Source: an uncultured Actinomycetes bacterium
GTDB taxonomy: Bacteria > Actinomycetota > UBA4738 > JBBDTT01
NCBI GenBank assembly: GCA_963742735.1
Contig: CAVUMN010000003.1
Span: 898,623-962,622 of the forward strand
Direction of reading: 5' to 3'
DNA length: 64,000 nucleotides
Each line of letters opens with the position of its first letter. The stretch's first letter is position 1. The translations under genes and the position numbers were made by a program. Shown here piece by piece: positions 28,974 to 38,336 of this stretch. The notes beneath the pieces were generated by a model. That model saw only the letters and a list, made by a program, of their open reading frames with translations, made no database searches and was not told where the DNA came from.

Positions 28974-30071
28974 TTACGGGAGCGGGCGCACGCCGAGCGT
29001 GGCCGAAACCGTTCGCCGGGAGCCGTCGGAGGCGACGAGCTCCACCTCCACCTCCTCGCCCGGCTCGTGGCGGCCGATGGCCGTGCCCAGGTCTTCGGAG
29101 CTCGTCACCGGGTCCCCGCCCAGGGCGACGATGACCTCGCCCTCCTGGATCCCGGCCTCGGCCGCCCCGGTATCGGGGCCAACCCCCACCACGTACGCGC
29201 CCTCGTCCACGGCCAGGCCCAGCTGGGCCGACAGGGCCGGCGTCACGGTCTGGGTCGAGACGCCCAGGTAGGGGACCGCGCCGGAGGGGTTCTCGATGGC
29301 CTCGTCGATCAGCGGCCGCGCCTGGTCGATGGCGATCGCGAAGCCGATGTTCTCCGCGTCGGACGCGCCGGCGGTGTTGATCCCGACGACCTCGCCCTGC
29401 AGGTTCAGGAGCGGGCCGCCGGAGTTCCCCGGGTTGATGGCCGCGTCCGTCTGGATCACGCCGGTGTAGGTCCGTCCCCCGCCCGGGGCGTTCGGGTCCG
29501 CGGCCTGCACCGTCCGGTCCAGAGCGCTGACGATGCCCGACGTGACGCTCGGCCCCCCGCCCTCGAAGTCGGCGCCGAGCCCCAGAGCGTAGCCGATCGC
29601 CAGGACCCGCTCGCCCAGCCGGAGCTCCGAGGAGTCGCCCAGCGTCACGGGACGAAGATCGGTCGTCTCCACCTTCAGCACCGCCAGGTCCCGGTCGGGG
29701 TCGCCCCCGATCACGCGGGCCTCGAGCCGCCGCGGTTCGGGCGGCGCGGTCACCACCGTCAGGCGCGAGGCGGCCTCGACGACGTGGTAGTTGGTCACGA
29801 CGATCCCGGCCGCGCGCACCACGAACCCGGTGCCCACGGCTTGGTCGGTGCCGTTCAGGGACGCGGCCAGCACGCTGACCACGCTGGGCTCGACCCGCGC
29901 CACGACCTGCACGAGCCGGTCGTCGCCGGAGGCCGGCGGCAGGGGCGGCAGCGGCGAGACGCCCTCGGTCGGCGACAGGCGCACGTCGATCCGGGCGGGC
30001 CCACACGCCCCCAGCACCAGCGCGACCACGGCCGCGGCGGCCGCCCGCCGGGTCATGGATCCGTTCGTCAT
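28974..30071 (-). CDS. HtrA/DegP-like serine protease with PDZ domain, probable lipoprotein
   Basis: Lipobox LGAC, GTGF, VTNYHVV, DLAVLKV, IQTDAAINPGNSGGPL, C-terminal PDZ. Start uncertain (30056-30080). Confidence 0.9.
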   Translation of the reverse strand: MTNGSMTRRAAAAAVVALVLGACGPARIDVRLSPTEGVSPLPPLPPASGDDRLVQVVARVEPSVVSVLAASLNGTDQAVGTGFVVRAAGIVVTNYHVVEAASRLTVVTAPPEPRRLEARVIGGDPDRDLAVLKVETTDLRPVTLGDSSELRLGERVLAIGYALGLGADFEGGGPSVTSGIVSALDRTVQAADPNAPGGGRTYTGVIQTDAAINPGNSGGPLLNLQGEVVGINTAGASDAENIGFAIAIDQARPLIDEAIENPSGAVPYLGVSTQTVTPALSAQLGLAVDEGAYVVGVGPDTGAAEAGIQEGEVIVALGGDPVTSSEDLGTAIGRHEPGEEVEVELVASDGSRRTVSATLGVRPLP

Positions 30072-30106
30072 GACCCCCATACGTATCATGCGAGACTGAG
30101 AATCGA

Positions 30107-30712
30107 GTGACGATGATCGCCAAGGGAACCCTGTCGCTGAAGGAATGGGCCGTCGTCTGCGAGGCGCTCGCGGACGGCGACCAGGTGATGCTGCTGCGCA
30201 AGGGCGGCCTGGGCGAGAAGCGGGGGTTCGAGTTGGCGGGAACCGAGTTCCTGCTGTTTCCCTCCTTCGAGCACCAGCACGGCGCCAAGGTGCGCCCGGA
30301 GCACCGGCGGCACTTCGACGCGGCGGCGTGCTCGCGGCCCCCCGAGGGCCGGCTGCACGTCGGCCTGCTGGCCCGGGTGGCCGGGGCGGTGGCCCTCGCC
30401 GAGCCCGGCGAACCCGCCGACGCCGCGGGCCTGTACGCCGGCACCGAAGATCTGCACGTCTACACGCCCGAGCTCGTCGCCGAACGGGTCGCCTACCGCC
30501 CGCAGGCCCCGCTGGTCGGCGTGGTGCTCGACGTCCGGCCGCTCCGGGCGCGGCTCGACCTGGTCGACGAGCGACGGTACGCGGGATGCCGGTCTTGGGT
30601 CGATCTCCCCCGGGTGCGCTTCGAGGCCGGAGTGCCCGTCGTGCCGCCGGCGCGACTCCAGACGGCCCTCGAGCGCCTGCGGGCGATCGCCCCCGCGCCG
30701 GTGGCGTCGTGA
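30107..30712 (+). CDS. DUF1802 family protein
   Basis: LKEWAVVCEAL..G.Q.MLLRKGG..E, FLLFPSFEHQ, YAGCRSWVDL. Confidence 0.85.
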   Translation: MTMIAKGTLSLKEWAVVCEALADGDQVMLLRKGGLGEKRGFELAGTEFLLFPSFEHQHGAKVRPEHRRHFDAAACSRPPEGRLHVGLLARVAGAVALAEPGEPADAAGLYAGTEDLHVYTPELVAERVAYRPQAPLVGVVLDVRPLRARLDLVDERRYAGCRSWVDLPRVRFEAGVPVVPPARLQTALERLRAIAPAPVAS

Positions 30713-30993
30713 GCCGCCGGCTGATCGCCCTGCTCCTGGTCCTGGTCATGGGGACGGCGACGGGCCTGTACGTGCTCCGCGAGGGCGAGATCCGCGAGGA
30801 GCTCCGCGACGGCGACGCGGCGTACGACCAGCTGTGCTCGAACCTGCAGGCCTCGGCGCTCGAGACCGGGAGCCCCGGCACGATCGCGCACCTGATCGAC
30901 GCGTTTCGGATCGAGCTCCGGTCGCTGCGCGAGAGCTACCCACGCTGGTACGAGCAGTACGAGAGCGACCCCTCCGCCTACAACTGCGTCTAG
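30709..30993 (+). CDS. small hypothetical membrane-anchored protein
   Basis: GTGA overlap with the DUF1802 stop; N-terminal TM LIALLLVLVMGTATGLYVL; two Cys residues. Confidence 0.6.
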   Translation: MSRRLIALLLVLVMGTATGLYVLREGEIREELRDGDAAYDQLCSNLQASALETGSPGTIAHLIDAFRIELRSLRESYPRWYEQYESDPSAYNCV

Positions 30994-30996
30994 CGG

Positions 30997-33753
30997 CTAG
31001 AAGCTGCCGAGCTGCACGACCTGCTGGAAGGTCGGGCGGTTGATCCAGTGGATCGCCGGCACGCCCGTGACCCCCACCGCCGAGTGACGGACCTCGTCGT
31101 CAGCGACGGTGCGGATCCAGTCGGCGACGTCGGCCGAGCCGAACTCGGCCTCCAGCGCCGCGGCCGCGTCCGCGAGCGACCGCCACAGAAGGGCCCGGCA
31201 GCTCGTGCGGTTCCCGCCTCCGCAGTAGGTCCGGGACCACCGTGAGCGCACCGGTCCTCCCAGAACCTGGCGGAGATCCTTCTGCACCTGTCCGTAGAAC
31301 GAGCCGTTGAACGCCGAGCCGACGTGAAGCTGTGGCGCGTCGTGGAGCCCGATCCCCAGGTTGTCGATCGCATCGCCGCTGCGGGGATCGAAGATCGCGT
31401 GGGCGAGCAACGGCCACCACGCGTCCATGATCGCCGGGGCGACCCCATCGTCGTACGCGCCGTCGTGGTCGCGGTCCCGCCGGTGGGCGGCCGGCCCCTG
31501 CCACGCGGCCAGGCGGGTGCGCATCGTCCTCGTGCGCGGGTCCACGCCGGCCGGGGCCGAGGTGCCCATCACCCGCAGGATCGCCGGCAGGACGTCCTCG
31601 CCGCGGATGTCGACGGTCCCGGCGTCCTCCATCGCGTCGACCAGGTCGGCGCGGTCGATCTTGCCGCGCCGGATGGCCGCCCGGATCCGGTGGTCCAGGG
31701 AGAGTGAGCGGTACACGGGCCCCTTCGAATAGTCGCCGTCGTTCGCCATGAACCCTGGGGCCTGCTTGTTGTTCCAGGACGAGAGGAACCCGGCGGGCGG
31801 GTTGAGGTCCCACGGCTGGGCCCGAAGGGGAAGGAATCCGCGCCAGTCCCACCTTCCGGTCCCCCACGCCGGCAGGTACGGGTCGACGCCGCGGGCGCGG
31901 ATCGGGCACTTGCACGAGTGCTGGTAGCCGATGTCCGTGTCGTCGACGTAGAACCAGTTGAACGTGTAGTCGACGCCGGCGCCCATGGCCCTACGGAACG
32001 ACCGGAAGCCGCCGCGCATGTAGTCCGGGTTGTTGAGGTTCTGGAAGCCCCGGGCCGAGGCCAGCTCGGCGCGGTAGGTGCTACGCAGGCTGGCGACGGC
32101 GATCGGCGTTCCGTCCACCAGGGTCCCCCGGGCGAGGATCGGGCCGTAGTGCTCGGTCCGCTCGACCCGCCACGACAGCAGCACGTCCGGCCCCTCCGGG
32201 ACGCCGCCCGCCGTGGGCTTCGCGACCTGGGTGTGCTGGTGGACGTCGATGGGATGGCACCGTCCGTCGTGCACGTAGCCCTCGGACTCGGTCGTGGCCT
32301 CGCCGCCCCCGGGATCGCAGATCTTGAGCACCCACTGGTCGACGTTGTCGCCGCCGGCCGAGGTGGCCGAGAACGCGTAGTCGCGCCCACGCCCGAGCTG
32401 CACGTAGATGTCGGTGCCGGCGAACGCCACGCCGCGGGCGTCGATGCCGGGCCCGTGGACGTCCTTCTCCACGAGCAGCTGGGGAATGAAGTAGCCGGTC
32501 TGGGGACCGAACACCGCGATCGGGTGGTTCGCCTTGGTGTGCTTCGCCGCGACCAGCAGCGCGTTGCTCATGCCGGTCGAGAACGACAGCGGGATCTTGC
32601 CCCACGGCGCGTCGACCGTCCGCACGCGGGGCGCCGGCGGAATGGGGAGGGCGCCGACGGCGGCGCCGGCCACGCCCACCACGTCGGGTGCGCCGTCGCC
32701 GATCGGCTGGAGGGTCGCGCAGTCGATGTCGGGGTGGGCGGCCGGGTTCACCGGGCCGAGGTTCGTGTTGTACGGGGCCCGCCGGTGCGAGCTCGTGGGC
32801 GCCTCCAGGTCGTTGGCGAAGTGCAGGTCGTCGAACACGCGCCGGGCCGCCGTCGCGCTCCCCAGCTTCTTCGTCATGGCCTTCAGGCCGCACAGGTTGC
32901 CGACCTCGCCGCCGCCGCCCTTGCCGAAGATCCCGCCGACCAGCGACGCGGTGGCCACGACGTCCTCGGGCTTCCACTGGGCCGGCAGCTGTTGGAGGGC
33001 GGCGTACTCGCCGGGAAGCTTCAACGGGTTCGCCAGCGCCTCGCCGATGTACTCGTTGACGCCGTCCACGTAGGCGTTGACGTCGCCGATCCCGACCGGG
33101 CCCTCGGGCGTCACGTTCGCCGCGGCGCGGAGCTGTTCGGTGAGCTCGGCCTCGGTGTAGGGAGCCACGGCGAGCTGGTCGCGGTCCATGTGCATGTTCG
33201 CCGGCGATGCGCCCAGGAACTCGCTGAGCCGGGCCCGGCCCAGATGACGAAGGACGTCCATCAGGAACAGGCGGTCCTCGGCGCCGGTGTAGCCCTGGGC
33301 GAACATGGTGGCGTAGCGGGTCTGCCCGTAGATGTGCGGCACGCCGAAGGTCCGGTCGCGGACCACCGTCACGTCGTCGGTGGGCCGGTAGATCCGGCCG
33401 ACGTCCTCGGGCTTCACGCCGAACGAGGCGTCCTTGTAGAAGTCGAGCAGTTCGGACTCCTCGAGCCCCGGGGTGTTGTAGACGAGGTCCCCGTACATCG
33501 CCAGCTGGTCGCCCACGTGCGCCGGCAGGGTCGCCGCGGCCTGCCCGAGGATCGTCTCCGCACCGTTCAGGACCCCGTCCTGGCCGGGCGGCACGATGTT
33601 CAGGAATCCGCCGGGGTCGCCGAAGCCGCGGTAGCCACCGGGATTGCCCTGGGCGAGCCCGGGCTCACCCGGGACGGCGAGGGTCGCGGCGACGATCAAG
33701 AGGGCCAGGGCGAGGCCGGCGCGGCGTGCAGGCACGGTGGGCACGTGATCCAT
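30997..33753 (-). CDS. penicillin acylase (Ntn-hydrolase, peptidase S45) family protein, secreted
   Basis: Signal peptide; RD..GVPHIYG, AEDRLF.MD..R, beta-chain start SNALLV, FGPQ.GYF.PQ, WNNKQAPG, WINRPTFQQVV. Confidence 0.9.
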   Translation of the reverse strand: MDHVPTVPARRAGLALALLIVAATLAVPGEPGLAQGNPGGYRGFGDPGGFLNIVPPGQDGVLNGAETILGQAAATLPAHVGDQLAMYGDLVYNTPGLEESELLDFYKDASFGVKPEDVGRIYRPTDDVTVVRDRTFGVPHIYGQTRYATMFAQGYTGAEDRLFLMDVLRHLGRARLSEFLGASPANMHMDRDQLAVAPYTEAELTEQLRAAANVTPEGPVGIGDVNAYVDGVNEYIGEALANPLKLPGEYAALQQLPAQWKPEDVVATASLVGGIFGKGGGGEVGNLCGLKAMTKKLGSATAARRVFDDLHFANDLEAPTSSHRRAPYNTNLGPVNPAAHPDIDCATLQPIGDGAPDVVGVAGAAVGALPIPPAPRVRTVDAPWGKIPLSFSTGMSNALLVAAKHTKANHPIAVFGPQTGYFIPQLLVEKDVHGPGIDARGVAFAGTDIYVQLGRGRDYAFSATSAGGDNVDQWVLKICDPGGGEATTESEGYVHDGRCHPIDVHQHTQVAKPTAGGVPEGPDVLLSWRVERTEHYGPILARGTLVDGTPIAVASLRSTYRAELASARGFQNLNNPDYMRGGFRSFRRAMGAGVDYTFNWFYVDDTDIGYQHSCKCPIRARGVDPYLPAWGTGRWDWRGFLPLRAQPWDLNPPAGFLSSWNNKQAPGFMANDGDYSKGPVYRSLSLDHRIRAAIRRGKIDRADLVDAMEDAGTVDIRGEDVLPAILRVMGTSAPAGVDPRTRTMRTRLAAWQGPAAHRRDRDHDGAYDDGVAPAIMDAWWPLLAHAIFDPRSGDAIDNLGIGLHDAPQLHVGSAFNGSFYGQVQKDLRQVLGGPVRSRWSRTYCGGGNRTSCRALLWRSLADAAAALEAEFGSADVADWIRTVADDEVRHSAVGVTGVPAIHWINRPTFQQVVQLGSF

Positions 33754-33802
33754 CTTCGACGCGCGCTAGCATCGGCCCTTCTGACCCCTCAAGGAGGCGA
33801 GC

Positions 33803-35346
33803 GTGAGCGATCACCGGCACGAGGACCCAGAGGCGCAGCAGGCCGACGCCCTGGACCCTGAGGACGCGGTCCCCATGGAGGCCGCCAGGGTTCCCGAGGA
33901 CGTCCTGGCGACGCCCACCGAGGGCCTGGACCGCCGTGACCAGCCCGCCAAGCGGGTGGTCATCATCGGCGGCGGCATCGCCGGCCTGGTCGCGGCGTTC
34001 GAGCTCCGCCGCCAGGGCCACGAGCCGGTCGTCCTCGAGGCGCAGCATCGCGTCGGCGGCCGCGTCTCGACGATGCCGCGACTTCGCGCCGGGGCTGTAC
34101 GCGGAGGCCGGCGCGATGCGCATCCCGCGCGTCCACGACCTGACGCTCGCGTACTGCGACTGTTCGGCCTCGAGCTGCGCCCGTTCGTGATGGGCAACCC
34201 GAAGACGCTCGTCTACATCAACGGCCAGCGCATGACCGATGGCCGAGGCGGACGCAGAACCCGGACCGGCTGCCGTTCGACCTCGCCGAGCACGAGCGGG
34301 GCAGGACGTGGACGGACCTGTGGAACGAGGCCACGCGCGAGGTCCGGGAGCGCTACGAGGCCGAGCGGCGAGGACGCCCTCGATGGCGATCATCGCACGA
34401 GTACGACCAGTATCGATCCGCGAGTTCCTGGTAGGCGCGGCTTCTCCGAGGGCGCGATCGAGCTCTACGGCGTGATGAGCTTCCGCGAGTCGAACATGAA
34501 CGCGGCCGTCGTCGAGCAGCTCCGCGAGATCGTCGGCCGGGCCTTCGAGGACATGCAGGAGATCGCCGGCGGCATGGACCTGCTGCCGCGACGCCTTCTA
34601 CGAGCACGGCTCAAGCACTACGTGCGCTTCGGCGCGAAGGTCACCGCGCATCGAGCAGGACGCGCGCTCGGTGACGGTGCACTACAAGCGGCGAGCGGGC
34701 AGCGTCTCCGTGAGCGGGCGACTACGCGATCGTGCGCCATCCCGTTCTCCGTCCTGCGCGACATCGAGGTCCTCGACCCCGGCGTTCAGCCGCGAGAAGC
34801 AGAAGGCCATCCGCGAGCTCAACTACAACGCCTCGGCCAAGATCCTGTTCCAGACGCGGCACCGGTTCTGGGAGTGGGAGGACGGCATCGTCGGCGGCAC
34901 GACGGTCGACCGACCTGCCGATCCGGCGCATCTGCTACCCGTCGCACCCGTGACCCGAACGACGAGCGCGGCACGCTGCTCGCCTCGTACACCTGGGGCC
35001 AGGACGCCCTGCGCTGGGGCGCGATGGACGCCGAGGACCGCATCGAGCAGGCGCTCGAGGACGTCGCCAAGATCCACCCGGCGATCACCGAGCGAGTTCG
35101 AGGTCGGCGCGGTCCAGCGACTGGTACGACGACCCGTACGCGGGCGGCGCGTTCGCGCTGTTCGAGCCGGAGCAGCAGACCCGGCTCCAGGGCGTCATCG
35201 TCGCAGCCCGAGGGCCGGATCCACTTCGCCGGCGAGCACACCTCGCTCTACCACGCCTGGATCCAGGGCGCGCTCGAGTCGGGGATCCGCGCGGCCCGGG
35301 AGATCCACGAGGCGCCCGCCGTGCTGCGAGCCGGTCGCCGGAATGA
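33803..35346 (+). CDS. flavin monoamine/L-amino-acid oxidase family protein, copy 1 (many indels)
   Basis: Fragments across frames: GGGIAGL.AA, LEAQHRVGGRV, YAEAGAMRIP, EIAGGMDLLP, LNYNASAKI, LLASYTWGQDA, GRIHFAGEHTS..HAWIQGALESG. The end is approximate. Confidence 0.8.
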
Positions 35347-36828
35347 GCGACGACGAGGCCCCCCAGCCCACGGACGTCCGCCCGGAGGACGTCGCCCCCC
35401 TCGACACCACCCCCGTGCCGGAGGACGTCCTGGCACGGCCCAGGAGGGCCTGGAGGGCCGCCCGGGCGCCCGCAAGCGAGTCGTGGTCATCGGGGCGGGG
35501 ATGGCCGGGCTGGTGGCGGCCTTCGAGCTGGGGCGCCAGGGCCACGACGTGGTCCTCCTGGAGGCCCAGAACCGCGTGGGCGGGCGCGTGTACACCCTGC
35601 GGGACTTCGCCCCCGGGCTGTACGCGGAGGCGGGAGCGATGCGCATCCCGCGCGCCCACGACCTGACGCTGGAGTACTGCGCGCTCTTCGGCCTGGAGCT
35701 CCGCCCGTTCGTGATGGGCAACCCGAAGGGCCTCGTCTTCATCGGCGGCGAGCGGATGACGCTCGGCGGAGGCGCAGGCCTCGCCCGACCGGCTGCCGTT
35801 CTCGCTGGATCCGCACGAGCAGGGCCGGACCGCGGACGCCATGTGGGAGGAGGCCATCGCCGACATCCGCTCGCTCCATCGAGCGCGAGGGCGAGGCGGC
35901 CTGGGAGGCGATCGTCGCCGAGTACGACCAGATTCGCCTGTTCGAGTTCCTCCGCGCTCGCGGCTTCTCCGACGGCGCCATCGAGTACTACGCGGTGATG
36001 AACTTCGTCGAGGCCGACATGCACAACGCGTTCGTCGAGGTCCTGCGCGAGGACCTGGGGAAGGCGTACGTGGACATGCAGGAGATCGTCGGCGGCATCG
36101 GACCTGCTTCCCCGCGCGTTCTACGAGCGAGCTGCGGGATCGGATCCGCTTCGGCGCCGAGGTCTACGCGCTGGACCAGGACGAGCACGGCGTGACCGTC
36201 CACTTCAAGACCGAGGCCGGCCGGTTCACCGAGACGGGCGACTACGCGATCGTGCACCGTGCCCTTCCCCGTGCTGCGGACGATCGAGGTCCTCACCCCC
36301 TTCTCGCACGAGAAGCAGCGCGCCATCCGGCAGCTCAACTACCACGCGTCGACGAAGGTGCTGTTCCAGGTCTCGCGGCGGATCTGGGAGACCGACGACG
36401 GCATCCTGGGCGGCGCCTCGGTGACCGACCTGCCCGTGCGACGCCTGAACTACCCGACGCCCGACCCCGCCACCGACCGCGGCATGCTCCTGGCCTCCTA
36501 CACCTGGGGCCAGGACGCCCTGCAGTGGGGGGCCATGGACGAGGAGACCCGGCTCGAGGAGGCCCTCGACGACGTGAGCCGCATCCATCCGGGCATCCGC
36601 GACGTGTACGAGGTGGGCGCGTCCCACGCCTGGTACGGCGACCGCTACGCGCGGGGGGCGTTCGCCCTCTTCGCGCCCGAGCAGCAGTCCGAGCTGCAGG
36701 CCGACATCGTCACCCCCGAGGGGCGGATCCACTTCGCCGGCGAGCATTGCTCGCTGTACCACGCGTGGATCCAGGGGGCGCTCGAGTCCGGCATCCGCGC
36801 CGCCCGGGAGATCCACGAGGCGCCGTGA
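35343..36828 (+). CDS. flavin monoamine/L-amino-acid oxidase family protein, copy 2 (several indels)
   Basis: GAGMAGL.AA, LEAQNRVGGRV, AEAGAMRIP, LNYHASTKV, LLASYTWGQDA, GRIHFAGEHCS..HAWIQGALESG. Confidence 0.82.
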
Positions 36829-36872
36829 ACCCCGCTCCGAGGATCCACCCGAGCCGCCTCCGCGCCCTCCGC

Positions 36873-36949
36873 GAGGGGGTCACGCGCCGCATCGCTTCCC
36901 TCGCTCGCTTCGCTCGCTCAGTCCAGATGATGCGTCACATGACCCCCTC
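36873..36949. repeat. palindromic intergenic element (REP/MITE-like or bidirectional terminator)
   Basis: GAGGGGGTCA (36873-82) pairs perfectly with TGACCCCCTC (36940-49); inner CGCATC/GATGCG pair; the loop carries TCGCTCGCTTCGCTCGCTC. Lies between convergent genes. Confidence 0.6.
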
Positions 36950-37008
36950 ACCGGGCGCTCGTACCGCTCGCGGCCGCCCGCCCGTGCGGGTCGGTCGGAC
37001 GAGAAGCC

Positions 37009-37440
37009 TCAAGGGCGGGGCGGGGACGGGCGGGTGGTGAAGCCGACCGTCCAGGCGTCGTCCTCCTCGTCGTCGATCGCGAGCCGCCAGACGTAGCGCC
37101 CCCCGGCGGGGATGGGGATCGGCCCCGAGTTGATCGCCAGCGAGAGGTCGATCGGGGTCCCCGGAGGGATCCCCGGCGGGCGTCCGACCTCGAACTCCCC
37201 CGCGATCTCGACCTCCCGCTCGCCCTGCTCAGTGGTCAGGTTCACCGGCCGCCCGTCGGCGTCGAGCAGTCGCAGCCGCCAGCGGTGCCGCTCGTTCGTG
37301 CGGTCCCAGGGCACCTCGACCTTCATCGCGATCGCGAACGGCACCGGGTCCGGTCCGGTGACCGACCATCCCCCGCCCAGGATGTACAGCTTGTTGTCCA
37401 CGGCCTGAGCCGCGTCGGCCAGCATGAGGGTGACCTTCAC
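37009..37440 (-). CDS. DUF6941-like hypothetical protein
   Basis: LMLADAAQAVDNKLYILGGGWS, VPW...N..H, L.DADG, EVGRPPG, G.Y.W.L.ID. Confidence 0.75.
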   Translation of the reverse strand: MKVTLMLADAAQAVDNKLYILGGGWSVTGPDPVPFAIAMKVEVPWDRTNERHRWRLRLLDADGRPVNLTTEQGEREVEIAGEFEVGRPPGIPPGTPIDLSLAINSGPIPIPAGGRYVWRLAIDDEEDDAWTVGFTTRPSPPRP

Positions 37441-37444
37441 GAGG

Positions 37445-37663
37445 TCAGGCCGGGCTCACGCGCGCGCCCGGAGGCGCCAGCGAGTCCAGCAGCCGGCGCG
37501 AGGACTCCGCGATCTCCTCGACCGCGGCGTCGAACACCTCGGCGTTGGCCCGCGACGGCTGCCGGTACCCGCTCACCTTCCGCACGAACTGCAGTGCCGC
37601 CGCCCGGACGTCGTCATCGGTCGCCGGCTCGGGAGCCCGCAGGGTCTTGATGCTTCGACACAT
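37445..37663 (-). CDS. DUF2277 family protein
   Basis: MCRSIKTLR..EPAT.DDVRAAALQFVRKVSGYR.PS.AN.E.F..AV.EI. Confidence 0.88.
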   Translation of the reverse strand: MCRSIKTLRAPEPATDDDVRAAALQFVRKVSGYRQPSRANAEVFDAAVEEIAESSRRLLDSLAPPGARVSPA

Positions 37664-37690
37664 GACCCAACCCTATCGCCGCGAGGACGC

Positions 37691-38230
37691 TCAGGCCGAC
37701 GCGGAGAAGGTCCCGGTCGCGTCGATCGTCTCCTGGCCGTCGCCACGCTCCAGCTGCTCGCACGAGAACGAACCCTCGATCGCGGTCGGGCTCGCCGAGG
37801 TGACCTCCACGTCGCACTTCGAGTTGAACGCGTCGGGGAAGTAGTTCTCGTCGAACAGCGAGGTGCCGGGAAGGCCGACCGCGACGAACGGCGACTCGTC
37901 GGCCCCGTCCACGAGCTGCACGGTGACCCGAAGGGCGTTCCCGTCGGCGTCGACGAAGAGCAGGTCGTGTTCGTTGTCCTCGGGGTCGAACGTGCTCTCG
38001 TCGTCCACCGTGGCGGTGAAGGACTCCGTGCGATCGCCGGTCACGTCGACGGAGGCCTCACCCTGCGTGAACGTCACGGGGCCGGTGACGTCCGGCGCCG
38101 GGGTCGAGCTCGTGGTGGCGGCCGTGGTGGCCGTCGTGGGCGTGACGGTCGGCTCATCGCCGCCGCAGGCGCCGGCGGCCAGAGCGACGGCGGCGAGCGC
38201 GGCCGCCGTGCGGAGTCGGATCGATGCCAT
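37691..38230 (-). CDS. hypothetical lipoprotein
   Basis: AAGGAGG RBS; lipobox AAGAC-GG; Thr-rich linker; beta-rich domain with C...GSFSC. Confidence 0.78.
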   Translation of the reverse strand: MASIRLRTAAALAAVALAAGACGGDEPTVTPTTATTAATTSSTPAPDVTGPVTFTQGEASVDVTGDRTESFTATVDDESTFDPEDNEHDLLFVDADGNALRVTVQLVDGADESPFVAVGLPGTSLFDENYFPDAFNSKCDVEVTSASPTAIEGSFSCEQLERGDGQETIDATGTFSASA

Positions 38231-38307
38231 GGGTGGTCCTCCTTCGATCGGTCAGAACCCCTGATAGTAGCGAGTCCGACAAATGTGGCAACGGCTCGCT
38301 CCCCGTC

Positions 38308-38329
38308 TTTCGGTGGCATGGCGCAAACT
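38308..38329 (+). promoter_or_regulatory. candidate PafBC-type (RecA-NDp-like) promoter of the alkA-like gene
   Basis: TTTCGG-N10-CAAACT, 7 nt before ATG 38337. Resembles the consensus TGTCGG-N10-TANNNT with two mismatches. Confidence 0.4.
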
Positions 38330-38336
38330 GAGGGCC

